Under the pieces are notes generated by a model, which ran no database searches, was not told the DNA's origin, and was given only the letters and a program-made list of their open reading frames with translations. Position numbers and translations under genes: made by a program. This document shows, one piece after another, positions 25,407-37,103 of a DNA stretch of 64,000 nt (its first letter is position 1; every line of letters begins with the position of its first letter). The stretch is from Chiloscyllium plagiosum (lineage: Eukaryota), in NCBI RefSeq assembly GCF_004010195.1, contig NC_057718.1:57921375-57985374 (forward strand). Reading direction: 5' to 3'.

Positions 25407-26050
25407 ATGACAATACTGCTCTTTTAACAAGGTTATGCTGTCCTAGGCTTTTTTTAAAGAGAGGTCGTAAATGATATAGACTCTGAGGAGTCTGAGGTGA
25501 AAGGTATTTGGGCCAATTTGTTAATAACTAACAGAGATTGCCTCAGGCAGAAGGCTTTCAAGTTTAAAAAAGAAACACTTGTACAATGAAAGGGGTGTGG
25601 CCAGGTCTCCTGGCTCAGCTTCTCTCTGGTTTGGTTTGGTTTGGTTGGAGCAGGTAGTGTAAAGAAAGGCTGGTGGACCCTAAATTAGCAGGTCCAGGCT
25701 AGGACTCTCTCTGTCTGACTTCTATCCTGTAAGACCTTGTGTTTGATTTTACCTTTTGTGCCAAGGAATGTTTAAGGGGATTGTTGCAAGTATTTGGAAC
25801 AGCATCATTAAGTTGGGATGATCTGTTGGGTTTTCGGAGAGGTTAAGTTACTTGGTAATTTGTTTTCTGTTGTTTGTGTTTCATTCAGCAATCTTGTAAA
25901 TAAATTCTGTTTTTTTTTGAAACTAAGTGGTTTGACCAGCTGATTCTCTCCTGGAATATCCACTCTACACCTGCTTAAAGCAACGAGCAAAGTTAGGGTC
26001 TGCACTGCCTTCTTGAAATGTTTTGAGGGGATCTGGCCTGATCCATAACA
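25407..26050 (+). repeat. 3' LTR of element A
   Basis: Directly follows the PPT; tatgaca...ccataaca; matches the 5' LTR. Confidence 0.92.
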
Positions 26051-26058
26051 AGTTGCTA

Positions 26059-27254
26059 TGTCACAGTGGTGAACCAAATAAAACCAAACACCCAGAAAAA
26101 GCTCACCTTGCCTCGTAATCTGTTAAAGTATGAGTGACAGAGAACTTCCAAATTCCACTATTTAAAGAAAACTAATAACAATTTATACCTTAACTCCAAA
26201 AGTTAACATTAAACCACATCATTTACAACTCCTAGCATCCTTTCTCTTAAATCTTTGTTATCTACTTCCAACTCTATAACAATACAGAGGTACCTTGATT
26301 ATCCGAACGAGATGGGTGTGGGCACTATTTCGTTTGGATAATTGATTATTTGGTTAATTGATTTCCTCTGGGCTCGGAGTTTTCTGTGAAGTTCGCTCTC
26401 TGTTCAGGAGACTAGCAGCAACCTCTCCCAAATCCGTCTGCCCCCAAACTGCCCCCTCACCCGCCTCTCCAACCCTGCTCAACTGCCCACCCCAACCAGC
26501 CCCCAACCCTGTCTGCCACACCCCGGACTCTCCCACCTGCCATGACTGTTCTCAGCAACATTTCAGTGAGCCGAGTTTGCTTTTAGTTATTGTACCTGTA
26601 AACAAAAGATGCGTTCCGGGTTGAAACACGTCTTTGATGTAATGTTTTTATCAGGATCTCGAGATCTCCTTTGGATAATCCAATATTCGGATAATTGATA
26701 TTTGGATAATTGAGGTTCCTCTGTATACTGTTCCAATAAAAACCCATATTAAAATTACATCAACTTAATTTCAAAATTACAAGCAGCTGTCCTCTCTAGT
26801 GTCCTCATTTTTTCGGTTGTAGATCTCCCTGTGTCTCCTGTCTTTTACTGCAAAGACGTTTCATTTGAAAAAGGTACCTTTGATAGAGAGTGTTTTGAAT
26901 GGCAGTCTCTCTTGATTGCAATTACTCTCTGTCTAACTTTCAAAATGTCTGCAGCGTTATACCCCAAACATTGGATTGTCTCATTCATTTGAGGTTGGCA
27001 AAAACAATAAATTCAAAATCAATTGGGTTTTAATATCCTGGGACATAATGTAAACTGATTGGCTAAATTCGAATTGTTGTGAAAATAGCAACAAACTAAG
27101 GTATCTGTTTCACAGCCAAATGTTACATACTTTCAATTTTCCAGTACACTCTGAGATTGTTAGTTAGTCATATGATAGATGCTTGTAAGCTCTCAATACA
27201 AAACAGCATTTATTCACTCTTAAAGATGTAGTACCTGCCTTCAAATTCATAACA
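26059..27254 (-). repeat. 3' LTR of element B
   Basis: TGTTAT...GTGACA termini on the - strand, adjacent to the PPT; interrupted by a MITE. Confidence 0.8.
26285..26723. mobile_element. Tc1/mariner (pogo/Tigger-like) MITE
   Basis: TIRs cagaggtaccttgattatccgaa / ttggataattgaggttcctctg; TA duplicated at 26283-26284 and 26724-26725; subterminal ggataat repeats. Confidence 0.9.
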
Positions 27255-30186
27255 CATCACCCCTCCTTAAGAAAATAATGAACCATCATAATGAAAAGAT
27301 GGCTTCTTCTTTTTCATGTCTGAACCCCATTACAGTGAAATGCATAGGGCATTAATCTAAGTTCATATTAATTTCTGCACACAGAGATATAACATTGGTA
27401 TCTGTTCAATCTTATCTATACTTTATCTGTTAAATCCATAATAACGCATCTGCTATCACATTTTTAGGACTCACAACATGTACAATTTGTAAACTAAAAG
27501 TCTGTTACATAAGACTCCAACAAAATAGTCTCCTATTCTTGTCTTTAAATTGTTCAAAAAATATGAGGATTGTGATCCATGTACACAACTGTCTGTGAGT
27601 CATTGTTCATCACACAAACATTAAAATGTTGTAAGGCCAGTACCAAACTCAATAATTCCTTTTTGATGGTAGAGTATTTTCTCTGGAGGGTGTTGAGTTT
27701 CTTTGAAAAGTGGCCAATAGGCCGTTCAATTCCATCATCATCTTCCTGTAACAGTACAACTCCAACTCCTATGTCGCTAGTAATGATTGCAACTATGGAG
27801 GGTTTCAAAACCTTTGGTGTAACTAAACCTGGTGCAGTGGTTAATACTGCTTTTAAATTGTCAAACACCTCCTGGCATTGTTCTGTTCTCCGAAATTTTG
27901 CCCTCATCTTCAGTAAATCTGTTAGCGGTGCCACTACGCTGCAGAAGTTTGGCAAAAACTTTCCAAATTTTGGAACAAACTTCCAGTAGAATCCGCTTAG
28001 TCCCAAAAATTGAAGCATCTCTTTCTTTAAGGCTGGTTGTAGAAATTCCCCGATGGCCTTCGTCTTGGCGTTCCTTGGGGTTAACCTTCCATGATCGACG
28101 GTATGTCCCAAGAACCTTACTTCTACCTTGGCAATTTCTGTTTTCTTTAAGTTTATTACCAGTTTTGCTTCTATTAATCATTCAAAGAGCTCTGCTAACT
28201 GTACCATGTGATCTTTCCATGACTCACTAAAGATCATTCCATCGACCAGATAGACTACACTGTTTGTCAACCCAGCCACAACTCTGGAGTACTTGGAATG
28301 TGGTTGGTGCATTCTTCATTCCAAAAGGCATCACGTTGAATTGATATATCCCATTTGGGGTTACAAATGCAGCAATTACTTTTGCTTTCTCTGATAGATA
28401 TCTGCCAATAACCACACAGTAAGTCCATCTTTGTGAAGTATCTGGCTTGTCCAACCTTCTCTATACAATCCTCCAATCTTAATATTGGGTATGTTACGGC
28501 GTTGACCTTCCGATAGTCCACACAATATTGTTGAGTCCCGTCAGGCTTGGGAACAAACACAATCAGTGAACTCCACTCACTCTGACTTGATTCGATGGTA
28601 TCTTTGTTGAGCATTGCGTCCACTTCCTTCTGGACCTGTGTGGCTTTGAAAGGGTTAAGCCTGTAGGGGTGTTGTTTTGTCAGCATGCCCTATTCCTACT
28701 TCATACACAATAGCATTAGTCCTCCCCATCTTATTCCTGCATATGTCCTCATACTGCTGCAACAAACCTTTCAACTGGGTTCTTCGCTCATGAGACAGAT
28801 AGTTCACTATCTGTCCCACCTCCTCATTGACTTCCACATTATTTAACGCATTTTGGGGTACATAAATCTCCACGACATCTGGATTTGATTCCTCACTCTG
28901 CAGGGCAGTAACTAACACCTGTTTCTCCAGTTCTCTCTCTATTATAATAAGGTTTCAACATATTTACATGACATACCTGGTACAGTATTTTTCCTATCCG
29001 GCATCTTTACCAGATAGCTTACTTAACTCCACTTTTTCTCAATTTGATAGAGACCACTAAACCTAGCTTTGAAGGGATCTCCGACTACTCGAAATAATAC
29101 TAATACGTCATCCCCTTGGGAAAATGTCTGATTTTCAGAGCTTTTATCTGCCACCAGCTTCATTCTATGCTGTACCCTCTTCAGGTGCTGTTTAGATAAC
29201 TAACCTGCTAGATTTAATCTCTCCTTCAACTCCGATACATAATCCAAGTGTGCGATCTCTGACTTTGGTCCTGTCACTTTCTCTTCAATAAATTTCAGAG
29301 GCCCTCTCATCACATGTCTGAATATTAATTCAAAGGGAGTAAATGGAGTAGATTCATTTGAGCCATCGCTAATGGCAAACAATACAAATGGGGTACCTTT
29401 ATCCCAATCATTCTGGTAATCCTGACAGTACGCTGTCAACATGGTCTTCAGAATCTGATGCCACCTTTCCAAAGCTCCCTGGTATTCAGAATGATACGCA
29501 CTTGATTTAAAGTGCTGTCTGTCTAAGCTATTCATGACTACCTTAAACAGCCTAGCAGTGAAATTAGACCCTTGGCCTGACTGAATCTCTCTGGGTAGCC
29601 CATACCGCATGAAGAAAGCTCCTAACACCCCTGCAACCCTTTTTACCTTAAATACTCTGTTATGGAATTGCCTCCGGAAATCTGGTCGACACATCCATTA
29701 TGATTAGCAAGTACTGGCTCCCACTTTTAGTTTTAGGAAGGGGATCTACTCAGGGGATCAAAGTCAATCATAACCCTCATGAAAGGTTCTTTGAATGCGG
29801 GAATTGGCCACAAAGGTGCTAGTTTTATTACTGCCTATGGCTTACCTATCATTTGGCATGAATGACATGTATGGCAAAAGTAAACCACATCCTTGTGGAT
29901 TCCAGGCCAATAGAAATGCCTTTTTACCTTAGCCTGAGCCCTCCTCACATTTAGGTGACCTCCCAGTGGTAGTTCATGTGCTACCCGTAACACTTCCTGT
30001 TTATATGCTACTGGCAACACAATCTGGTGCACTTCTGCCCATTTCTGCTCTGCACTAACCTGTCTGGTCTCCATTTTTGTCTTAGGAGTCTACCTTTCGG
30101 ATAATAACTCTCAGGAATACATTCTGACTCCTTTTCTGATTATGCATCAATATATACTTATATATATATATTGATGCATACTCAGA

Positions 30187-31468
30187 CAGAAGTGAGAAAT
30201 TGAGTGTGGACCTTGTAGAGATCGGGGAGGTGTTAAATGAACATTTCTCATCGATGTTCACTCAGGAAAAGGATAATATTGTAGAGTAGAAGAATGAGGT
30301 ATAAGATATTAGGCTAGAAAGGATCGAGGTTAGTTACGCAGAGGTGTTATCAATTCTAGAAGGAGTGAAAGTAGACAAGTCCCCTGGGCCAGATGGGATT
30401 TATCTGAGGATTCTCTGGGAAGCTAGGGAGGAGATAGCAGAGCCTTTGGCTTTGATATTTGAGTCGCCATTGTCTACAAGTTTAGTACCTGAGGACTGGA
30501 GGATTGCAAATGTTGTGCCCTTGTTCAAGAAGGGCAGCAGAGATGACCCAGGTAATTATAGACCAGTGAGCCTATTGTAGGAAAGGTTTTGAAAAGGATT
30601 ATAAGAGATAAGATTTATAATCATCTAGCAAGCATCAATTTGATTTCAGATAGTCAGCATGGTTTCATCAAGTTGACATGGTATACATGGACTTCAGTAA
30701 AGCTGAAGTTCCACATGGTAGGCTGATGGAGAAAATGCAGAGGCATGGAATTGAGCGTGATTTAGCAGTTTGGATTATAAACTAGCTTTCTGAAAGAAGG
30801 CAGCGAGTGTTGGTTGATGGAAAATATTCCTGAAAGTTGTCACCCAGGTGGATAGTGCTGTTAAGAAGGCATATGGTGTGTTAGGTTTCATTGGGAGAGA
30901 GATTGAGTTCTAGAACCGCAATATCATGCTGCAGCTATACAAAACGCTGGTGCGGCCACACTTGGAATATTGTGTACAGTTCTGGTTGCCCCATTACAGG
31001 AAGGATGTGGAAGCATTGGAAAAGGTGCAGAGGAGATTTACCAGGATGTTGCCTGGTCTGGAGGGAAGGCCTTATGAGGAAAAGCTGAGACACTTGGGCC
31101 TGTTCTCATTGGCAAGAAGAGGGCTAAGGGGGGATTTGATAGAGACATACAAGATGATCAGAGGATTAGATAGGGTAGGTAGTGAACGACTTTTTCCTAG
31201 GATGATGATGTCAGCTTGTACAAGGGGGCATAACTACAAATTGAGGGGTGATAGATTTAAGACAGATGTCAGAGGCAGGTTCTCTATGCAGAGAGTGGTA
31301 AGGGCGTGGAATGCCCTACCTGCTAATGTAGTCAACTCAGCCACATTAGGGAGGTTTAAACAATCCTTAGATAAAACATGATAGTGTAGGGGGACGAGCT
31401 GAGAATAGTTCACAGGTCGGTGCAACATCGAGGGCCGAAGGTCCTGTTCTGCGCTGTATTGTTCTATG
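30187..31468 (+). mobile_element. 5'-truncated, internally deleted CR1 LINE (second subfamily) inserted in Gypsy B
   Basis: 'KSPGPDGI...PEDWRIANVVPLFKKG...NYRPVSL' and 'LYKTLVRPHLEYCVQFW'; tail 'ctgtattgttctatgttct'. Confidence 0.92.
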
Positions 31469-31919
31469 TTCTATCTTTTATTGTCTTGTCTTTCTGTTGT
31501 AAGTCCATTAGCCTTTCAAGACAGAACCCTTCTGCCTGACCCTCTTCTTGCACCATTTTTTCTACACCATTTTTTTCCTGCACCATTGCAACAAACAGGC
31601 TGTCCACAAACTGAACCTCAACTCCTTCGTCTTTCTCTTTAGTTTTTGCTTCGTGCTGTGACTTATAGTAGTGGGATCTTGTTACTACATAGTCTGGGAA
31701 AATTCCAGGGTATTTTTCTTTTAACTTCTCAGTTTCTTGGTCTTCCTTTGGCTTCTCCACAAAAAGGGGTGTCACTCCCACCTTGGATCCTGCTGAATCA
31801 TTCCCAAGAACCAATTGTATTCCTGGAAATGGCACTCTTTCAATCACTCGCACTGTTACTTCCCCAGACTTGAGTTGGCACTCCAACCTGATCTTACATA
31901 GGGGAACACTAAATTTCTG

Positions 31920-32134
31920 AGGAGAAAGTGAGGTCTGCAGATGCTGGAGATCAGAGCTGAAAATGTGTTGCTGGAAAAGCGCAGCAGGTCAGGCAGCATC
32001 CAGGGAACAGGAGAATTGATGTTTCGGGCATAAGCCCTTCTTCATTCCTGAAGAAGGGCTTATGCCCGAAACGTCGATTCTCCTGTTCCCTGGATGCTGC
32101 CTGACCTGCTGCGCTTTTCCAGCAACACATTTTC
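31920..32134. mobile_element. Non-autonomous Penelope-like palindromic insertion (family A) with 15-bp TSD
   Basis: 87-bp arms at 31958-32044 / 32049-32135 with two CpG-type mismatches; TSD aacactaaatttctg at 31905-31919 and 32135-32149. Confidence 0.92.
32044..32079 (+). ncRNA. Minimal type I hammerhead ribozyme motif (family A)
   Basis: CTGAAGA-a-[gggc ttat gccc]-GAAA-C-GTC; cores intact, ACGT palindromic stem III, weak stem I (tc/ga); predicted cleavage after C32075. Confidence 0.7.
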
Positions 32135-32951
32135 AACACTAAATTTCTGTCCATCTATCCCACAAATTATTACTGTCTCAGGTAACAGGTCAGAAAGAGT
32201 GCAAATACATTCATCTCTTACAATTAGAGACTGATTAGATCCTGTATCTCTCAAAATTATAACTTCTTTCCCTTCTCTCCCTGTTCTTTCTGAGTAAACT
32301 TTACCACAGAGGCAAAGTTTTTAATAGAGATCAGGCACTAGCTCCATACCCAGCCCCTGCCTAGATTGTGCACTCTCCTGCAGCTTTTCAACTTTTCTTG
32401 GAGTTTCCTTTACTACTGTCACTAATACCACTGGCTGACCACATCTTTTCCCACAGTGCCTTTCTTTAATAACCAGCACTGTGACTTTACGTGTCCCACT
32501 TTCTGGCAGTGAAAACACGTTTTCCCAGTGCCTTGGGGCAAACCACCGGCACCATAGTTTTCAGTGTCCAACTCCATTACAGTGAAAACACCTGAGGCTT
32601 TTCACCCACTTGGGCTTATGATTTAACCTGAGGTAAACAATTACCAGTGCACTCCACTCTTTGTTTCTAGTGTAGGATCTCCCCTTCTCCCAATTTCTAT
32701 CCCTCACAGGATGAAATGCTTGTCTGAAGCTAAACTTTGTCCTGTGCACCAATGCGTATTCATCTGCCATCTCTGCTGCTCTTCTCACTTCTTGAACTTT
32801 TCATCCACATGAATTTTTATCATCTCTGGAAGGGAGTTTTTAAACTCTTTCAGCAGAATACTCTCTCTTACAGCCTCATAGGTCTCATCTATTTTTAAGG
32901 CCTTTTGCTTGATCCCCTGCCCTTGACTTGTAGACTACCCAAAACCCGGAC

Positions 32952-34590
32952 TGTAATTGGACAAACCCCCTGACATTCTGCAGCAGAACCCTGTGTCTGA
33001 CTGAAGTAACCCCTTCAGCCCTCTAAGGACTGTTCCTTTTTGACTTTCACACATGGCTATTTGGTTGGAGCCCATGCAGTGTTTTTTTGTTGTCTGAGCT
33101 GCTGGCACATGCTGCTGGGTTGAGGTTGAAGTAGCCAAGTGCAATACTGTGACATATCCATCGCCTCGACTGTTCAGTGCCATGAACCATGACGAGCGTG
33201 TTGCCTCTTCCTCTGCGTTAAAAGGGAATGCAGGCCACAAGAGGCTGCTTGCCTGCAAGCAAGTGCAATGTGGGTTATGTCGGATCGAGCAAAAATCCCC
33301 ATCATTTAAAATACTGAACGAAACTCCTTTTCGAAAACTTTTAAAAGTAAAGGGGGCAACTGTGCTGAGCTGTGAGAAAAATACACAGTCACAGAAATGG
33401 CTGTTTGGAACCATTGTGCAGCCTGGAATGTAGTTTGCAACTCCATCCGAAGAGAGCAATCAACCAAACCTAACACTCTAGACTGAAACTGACTTTTACA
33501 TCTCTGCCCAGCACAGACAGTATGGAAGCTATACAGATAACGAACATTCACCTTCAATCAAAATCCATTCACACATATTCTTAACTATCAAGAAGCCAAT
33601 TGACTTCAAAGAGAGCACCAGTAACACAATGCCAAGCACAGCTTTGGAGTGAAGATAAGACACCCACAATCAGTATAACTGCAGGCCCTGATCTCACCTG
33701 AGAGCTATCTCCACAGCTATCTCCTGAAGAGGGATCCCAAATAGCTGTCTCCCCAAGAACTATTCCCCCGGCAGCTAATCCCCAACAGGTGTTCCAAACA
33801 CCGATTCCCAGAAGAAGAATTCCAACAGCTAATTCCAGCGGCTATTTTGAACAACTATCTCCAGAGGGGGCCTCATGAGAGCAATTCTGAAAATCTCCTG
33901 ACAAGGGCATGTTCCACAAAGGGGAACCAACAACGTCGACCAAGACCAACAAATGTAAGAACCGACAACCTTCAAAAACTAGCAATTCAACCGACACCAC
34001 AAGGCCTCAGACATATTCTGAAATGAGGACTGGCCCATAAAACCACCAGGAAGTAAGGAAAATCAAGTACTCATCTGATAGATCCATGACATATCCTACC
34101 ACAGCAGCGACTCAAAGCAGACTGAAGGCCTACACCGTCCAAAGTCTTCATCGAGACACCAGGTACAGTAAGTAGGAACAGCCGGCTCTACTTCAAATTG
34201 CACTTTTCCCCAGTGGTGAGCTTAAACTCCTGAGACCCCAACCTAGTTAGGGAGGGGAAGAGGGGTGGTGACAGTGCAGGGGCTCAAAGGTAGGAAGCCT
34301 GATTAAAGTTTTTGTGATTAAAACTGGTGTTTAGCTTCTGATAGTGTTTGGCTTTTGTTTAATTTAATAGTGTATTTAATTACTGTCCTCTTTATAGCTG
34401 CTTGTGTCAATTCACTGTTTATTACATTTGCCTTTATTTCTTGCATTATATTTTATATTTAATAACCAGAGATTATTTTGCCCTGAAACACCTGTAGACT
34501 GTCTTCTTCATTTCACATTCCCTAAATAAGTCCAGTGTCTAGAACCAGGGATCTGGGGGTGATTTGAACGAGCTAAAGTCAGAAAATAAC
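32952..34590 (+). mobile_element. Possible long solo LTR or unclassified repeat
   Basis: Starts TGTAAT close to where Gypsy B gag is cut off; non-coding; internal degenerate tandem repeats; T-rich segment with ATTAAA near the end; termini and TSD not confirmed. Confidence 0.35.
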
Positions 34591-35989
34591 TGATTGCAAA
34601 CTGGGACCCTGTGGTTAGCTCGAAGAAATGAAGCTAAGAGTCTTAAAGGGCATCCTGTGTAAATGCAGGTGTAAGTACTAAGCAACCTGGCTGAGGCATT
34701 TACTTTGTAGAGGACTACAGTGAGGTTGAAGTCTTGAAGGGCTGACGTGGTGCGAGTGTTGGTCCAGGAGCAGACATGGTGATCTGCTAAGGTTGGTGGT
34801 TCGACAATGTTGACCGTCTGGATGCACAAGGAATGACGATGGTGTCTGTGGAGCATTCGAAGACATTGTGGTGAAGACAGAGCTGGTTGAAAGCTCAGGG
34901 AGGTCCATAGTGGGCTATCTGTGCCAGATAACCACTCTGACATTCACACCAGGAATCAGTGTTATCGAATGCCTTGAGGAAGAGGAGGAGAATTGGGAGT
35001 CGTAGAGGAATGAGGTGAGTTGGATTAATCCTGAGGGATACAAATGCATGGAAGTAAGCTAGTCATTTCTCAATAGCAAGATTTTGAACACAGCTTTTAA
35101 ACTTAAAGGGGATATTGGAATTATTTTCAGGATGTTGAGATTCTGATTTTTTTTTCATTTGTGCAACATTTTCTCACATTTCTCGCCATTATCCGTGCTT
35201 GTTAAAGGAATGGGAAGATCTGTCCCTATTCATGTTGCTGACCAAGAGATACCATGACTGCTGCCATAGGCGGTTTCAATATTCCTCACTTTCCCAAGAC
35301 TGTATTCATAAATTCCTAAACACATCTTCACCTTTCAATCATATTGCCTTCACTGACTCTCCTTAACAGAACATAGGTAAAAAAATCTCAACTGCCACTT
35401 GTTGAATGGCTTTTTAAAGAACCCTAATATAAGGCTTAACTTGTTTCTCTGCACTAGTTGCAGAACACTGTATACATTTGTCACCAGGACTAGTAATGCT
35501 TAACTTGGGGATCCTAATGTTTCACTGGTTGTTTAGTCTGTGAGATGCTCAGAAAACTTTGAGTCAAGATCTTCCAATGTATACTGCGGATGCCCATGTG
35601 GTACTCATCTCCTCAAAGAATGCCAACTAGGAAGTGTCTGGTGGGACAGGGCACAGTATAAAGTCACCAGCAGGCCTCTGTTGCACTGCTAAAGGGGATA
35701 CAAATTCAAAAGGATTCCTAACACTTCTGTTTATGGCTTTCATACCTGCACTGAAGATTACTTCAGAGCAAACACAATGTTTCTGGTTATTAAGCACAGG
35801 ATTTGCTAAATTTCTACACCAATTACAGGAACGTCAATGTTCTTACTAGTTCTGACACAGACTATCCAGTTTCTAAAATAAGTTAGAATATTGCTGATTG
35901 TAGAGATCTCAAACAAAAATAGAACATGTTGGGAATATTCAGAAGGTATGTTAAAAAAAGACCATCACAACTCCAATGGAGCCTATAAA

Positions 35990-36190
35990 AAGGTAAAGTC
36001 ACCATTGTCCTACTATGGCTAATAGGGTTGTCCTCTCAATAGAAAGACAGATGATTGGTGGTGGTTTTAACCTGAGGGCCACCACACCTCAAGAAAACGG
36101 AAGAGATTGATAAGGAGAGTTCACTCATGGTAACCTTGACCAGTGTGGAAATTGAACCCACATTGTTGGTTTCATTTAGTCCATACAAAT
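35990..36190 (-). mobile_element. SINE of the same family as 435-712
   Basis: 'ggtggtggttttaacctgagggccaccacacctcaag...catggtaacc...attgaaccc'. Confidence 0.65.
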
Positions 36191-36527
36191 GACTCCTCCC
36201 CCCCACTCCCTCAAATAGCTACATCATACTCACTTAAGGGTTTTATTCTGTTGTCATTGAGATTTAACCAATGGCAAGAGTGGTCCTGCCAAACCTCCAG
36301 TTTGGCAGATTTTCCTGTCTGGGTTGGTTATGGATGGGATAAAGGGTCTAATCTTAACAAAGCCCCAGACCCTCTCTGCAATAACAGAACCACATAACCA
36401 CATAACCACCCAACCTACTTAGCCTTTCTGTGTTTGTTGTTCTAGTGGGAACACACAGCCTGATCCCAGGCTGAGACACACACAGGCCTCCTTCAGGTCT
36501 GGGCACCAGCTGCAGTACCAGTAGTGG

Positions 36528-36658
36528 GTAAAAACAAGGACTGCAGATGCTGGAAACCAGAGTCTAGATTAGAGTGGTGTTGGAAAAGCATAGTAGGTCA
36601 GGCAGCATCCGAGGAGCAGGAAAATTGAGGTTCTGGGCAAAAGCCCTACCTCAGGAAT
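36528..36658 (-). mobile_element. Penelope-like pLTR fragment (family A), degenerate hammerhead
   Basis: 'ggactgcagatgctggaaaccagag...ggtcaggcagcatcc...gggcaaaagccctacctcagg'. Confidence 0.75.
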
Positions 36659-37103
36659 ATCATCAGTACCATCATAAGTACCAGCACTACCCACTGGTAG
36701 CGCTGCCAGTCCTGGCAAGGTGCTGACTTCTGATTTGCTGGTAACTCTGAAAGGTGGGCACTCCTGTTGTTGGTTAGCTGGCTGTAAGGCGGTTAGCTGG
36801 AGCAGGGTTAGATTCACCTGAGTTTAGGTGGCAAGGAATTTGGCAGGGAGCACACCTGATATTGCTATTGTTGAAGAGAACATTTTCAGTATATTAAAGA
36901 AATTAACAGCAACAAGAAAGGCTAATGATAACATCTTCTATTTTGTAAGGGCTGGCATAAATATAGTTATGAAAATGGGTGCAGTTAAGCCAATGAGTAT
37001 TGTATGCAGTTTAGACACTCACATAAATGTCCTTAGATCCTTAAAGGAACATCCAGAATATATATTAATGACTTGGTTGATGGAAAAGTGAATGTACTAT
37101 TAT

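Larger units (their letters stand above)
15110..26050 (+). mobile_element. Gmr1-type Gypsy LTR retrotransposon A (gag-PR-IN-RT-RH), decayed, with two nested CR1 insertions
   Basis: Paired LTRs; gag zinc knuckle 'C.KVGHTKSQC' at about 17455; PR 'LRDTGSSQS' at about 17721; IN 'HELPLGGH...CQMCHIC...YHPESQG' at 18373-19163; RT 'FEVMPFGMKN...YFDDL' at 19949-20212; RNase H 'IDTSDVG...EKETL...YTDHNPL...ADAL' at 24801-25232; PPT gaaggggggagg at about 25394-25406. Confidence 0.93.
26059..32905 (-). mobile_element. Gmr1-type Gypsy LTR retrotransposon B (gag-PR-IN-RT-RH plus 3' LTR), 5'-truncated, with nested MITE, CR1 and Penelope insertions
   Basis: gag 'CFHCNGVGH' at 32561-32788; PR 'RDTGSNQS' at about 32254; IN 29200-30074; RT 'CVDYRKVN...MPFGMKNAP' at 28227-28686; RNase H 27554-28111; PPT aaggagggg at about 27260-27269. 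Confidence 0.93.

Noticed and set aside
34539..34990. 134-aa minus-strand ORF with an 'ADHH' motif, possibly a LINE endonuclease remnant
   Set aside because: Only one weak motif; cannot be assigned.
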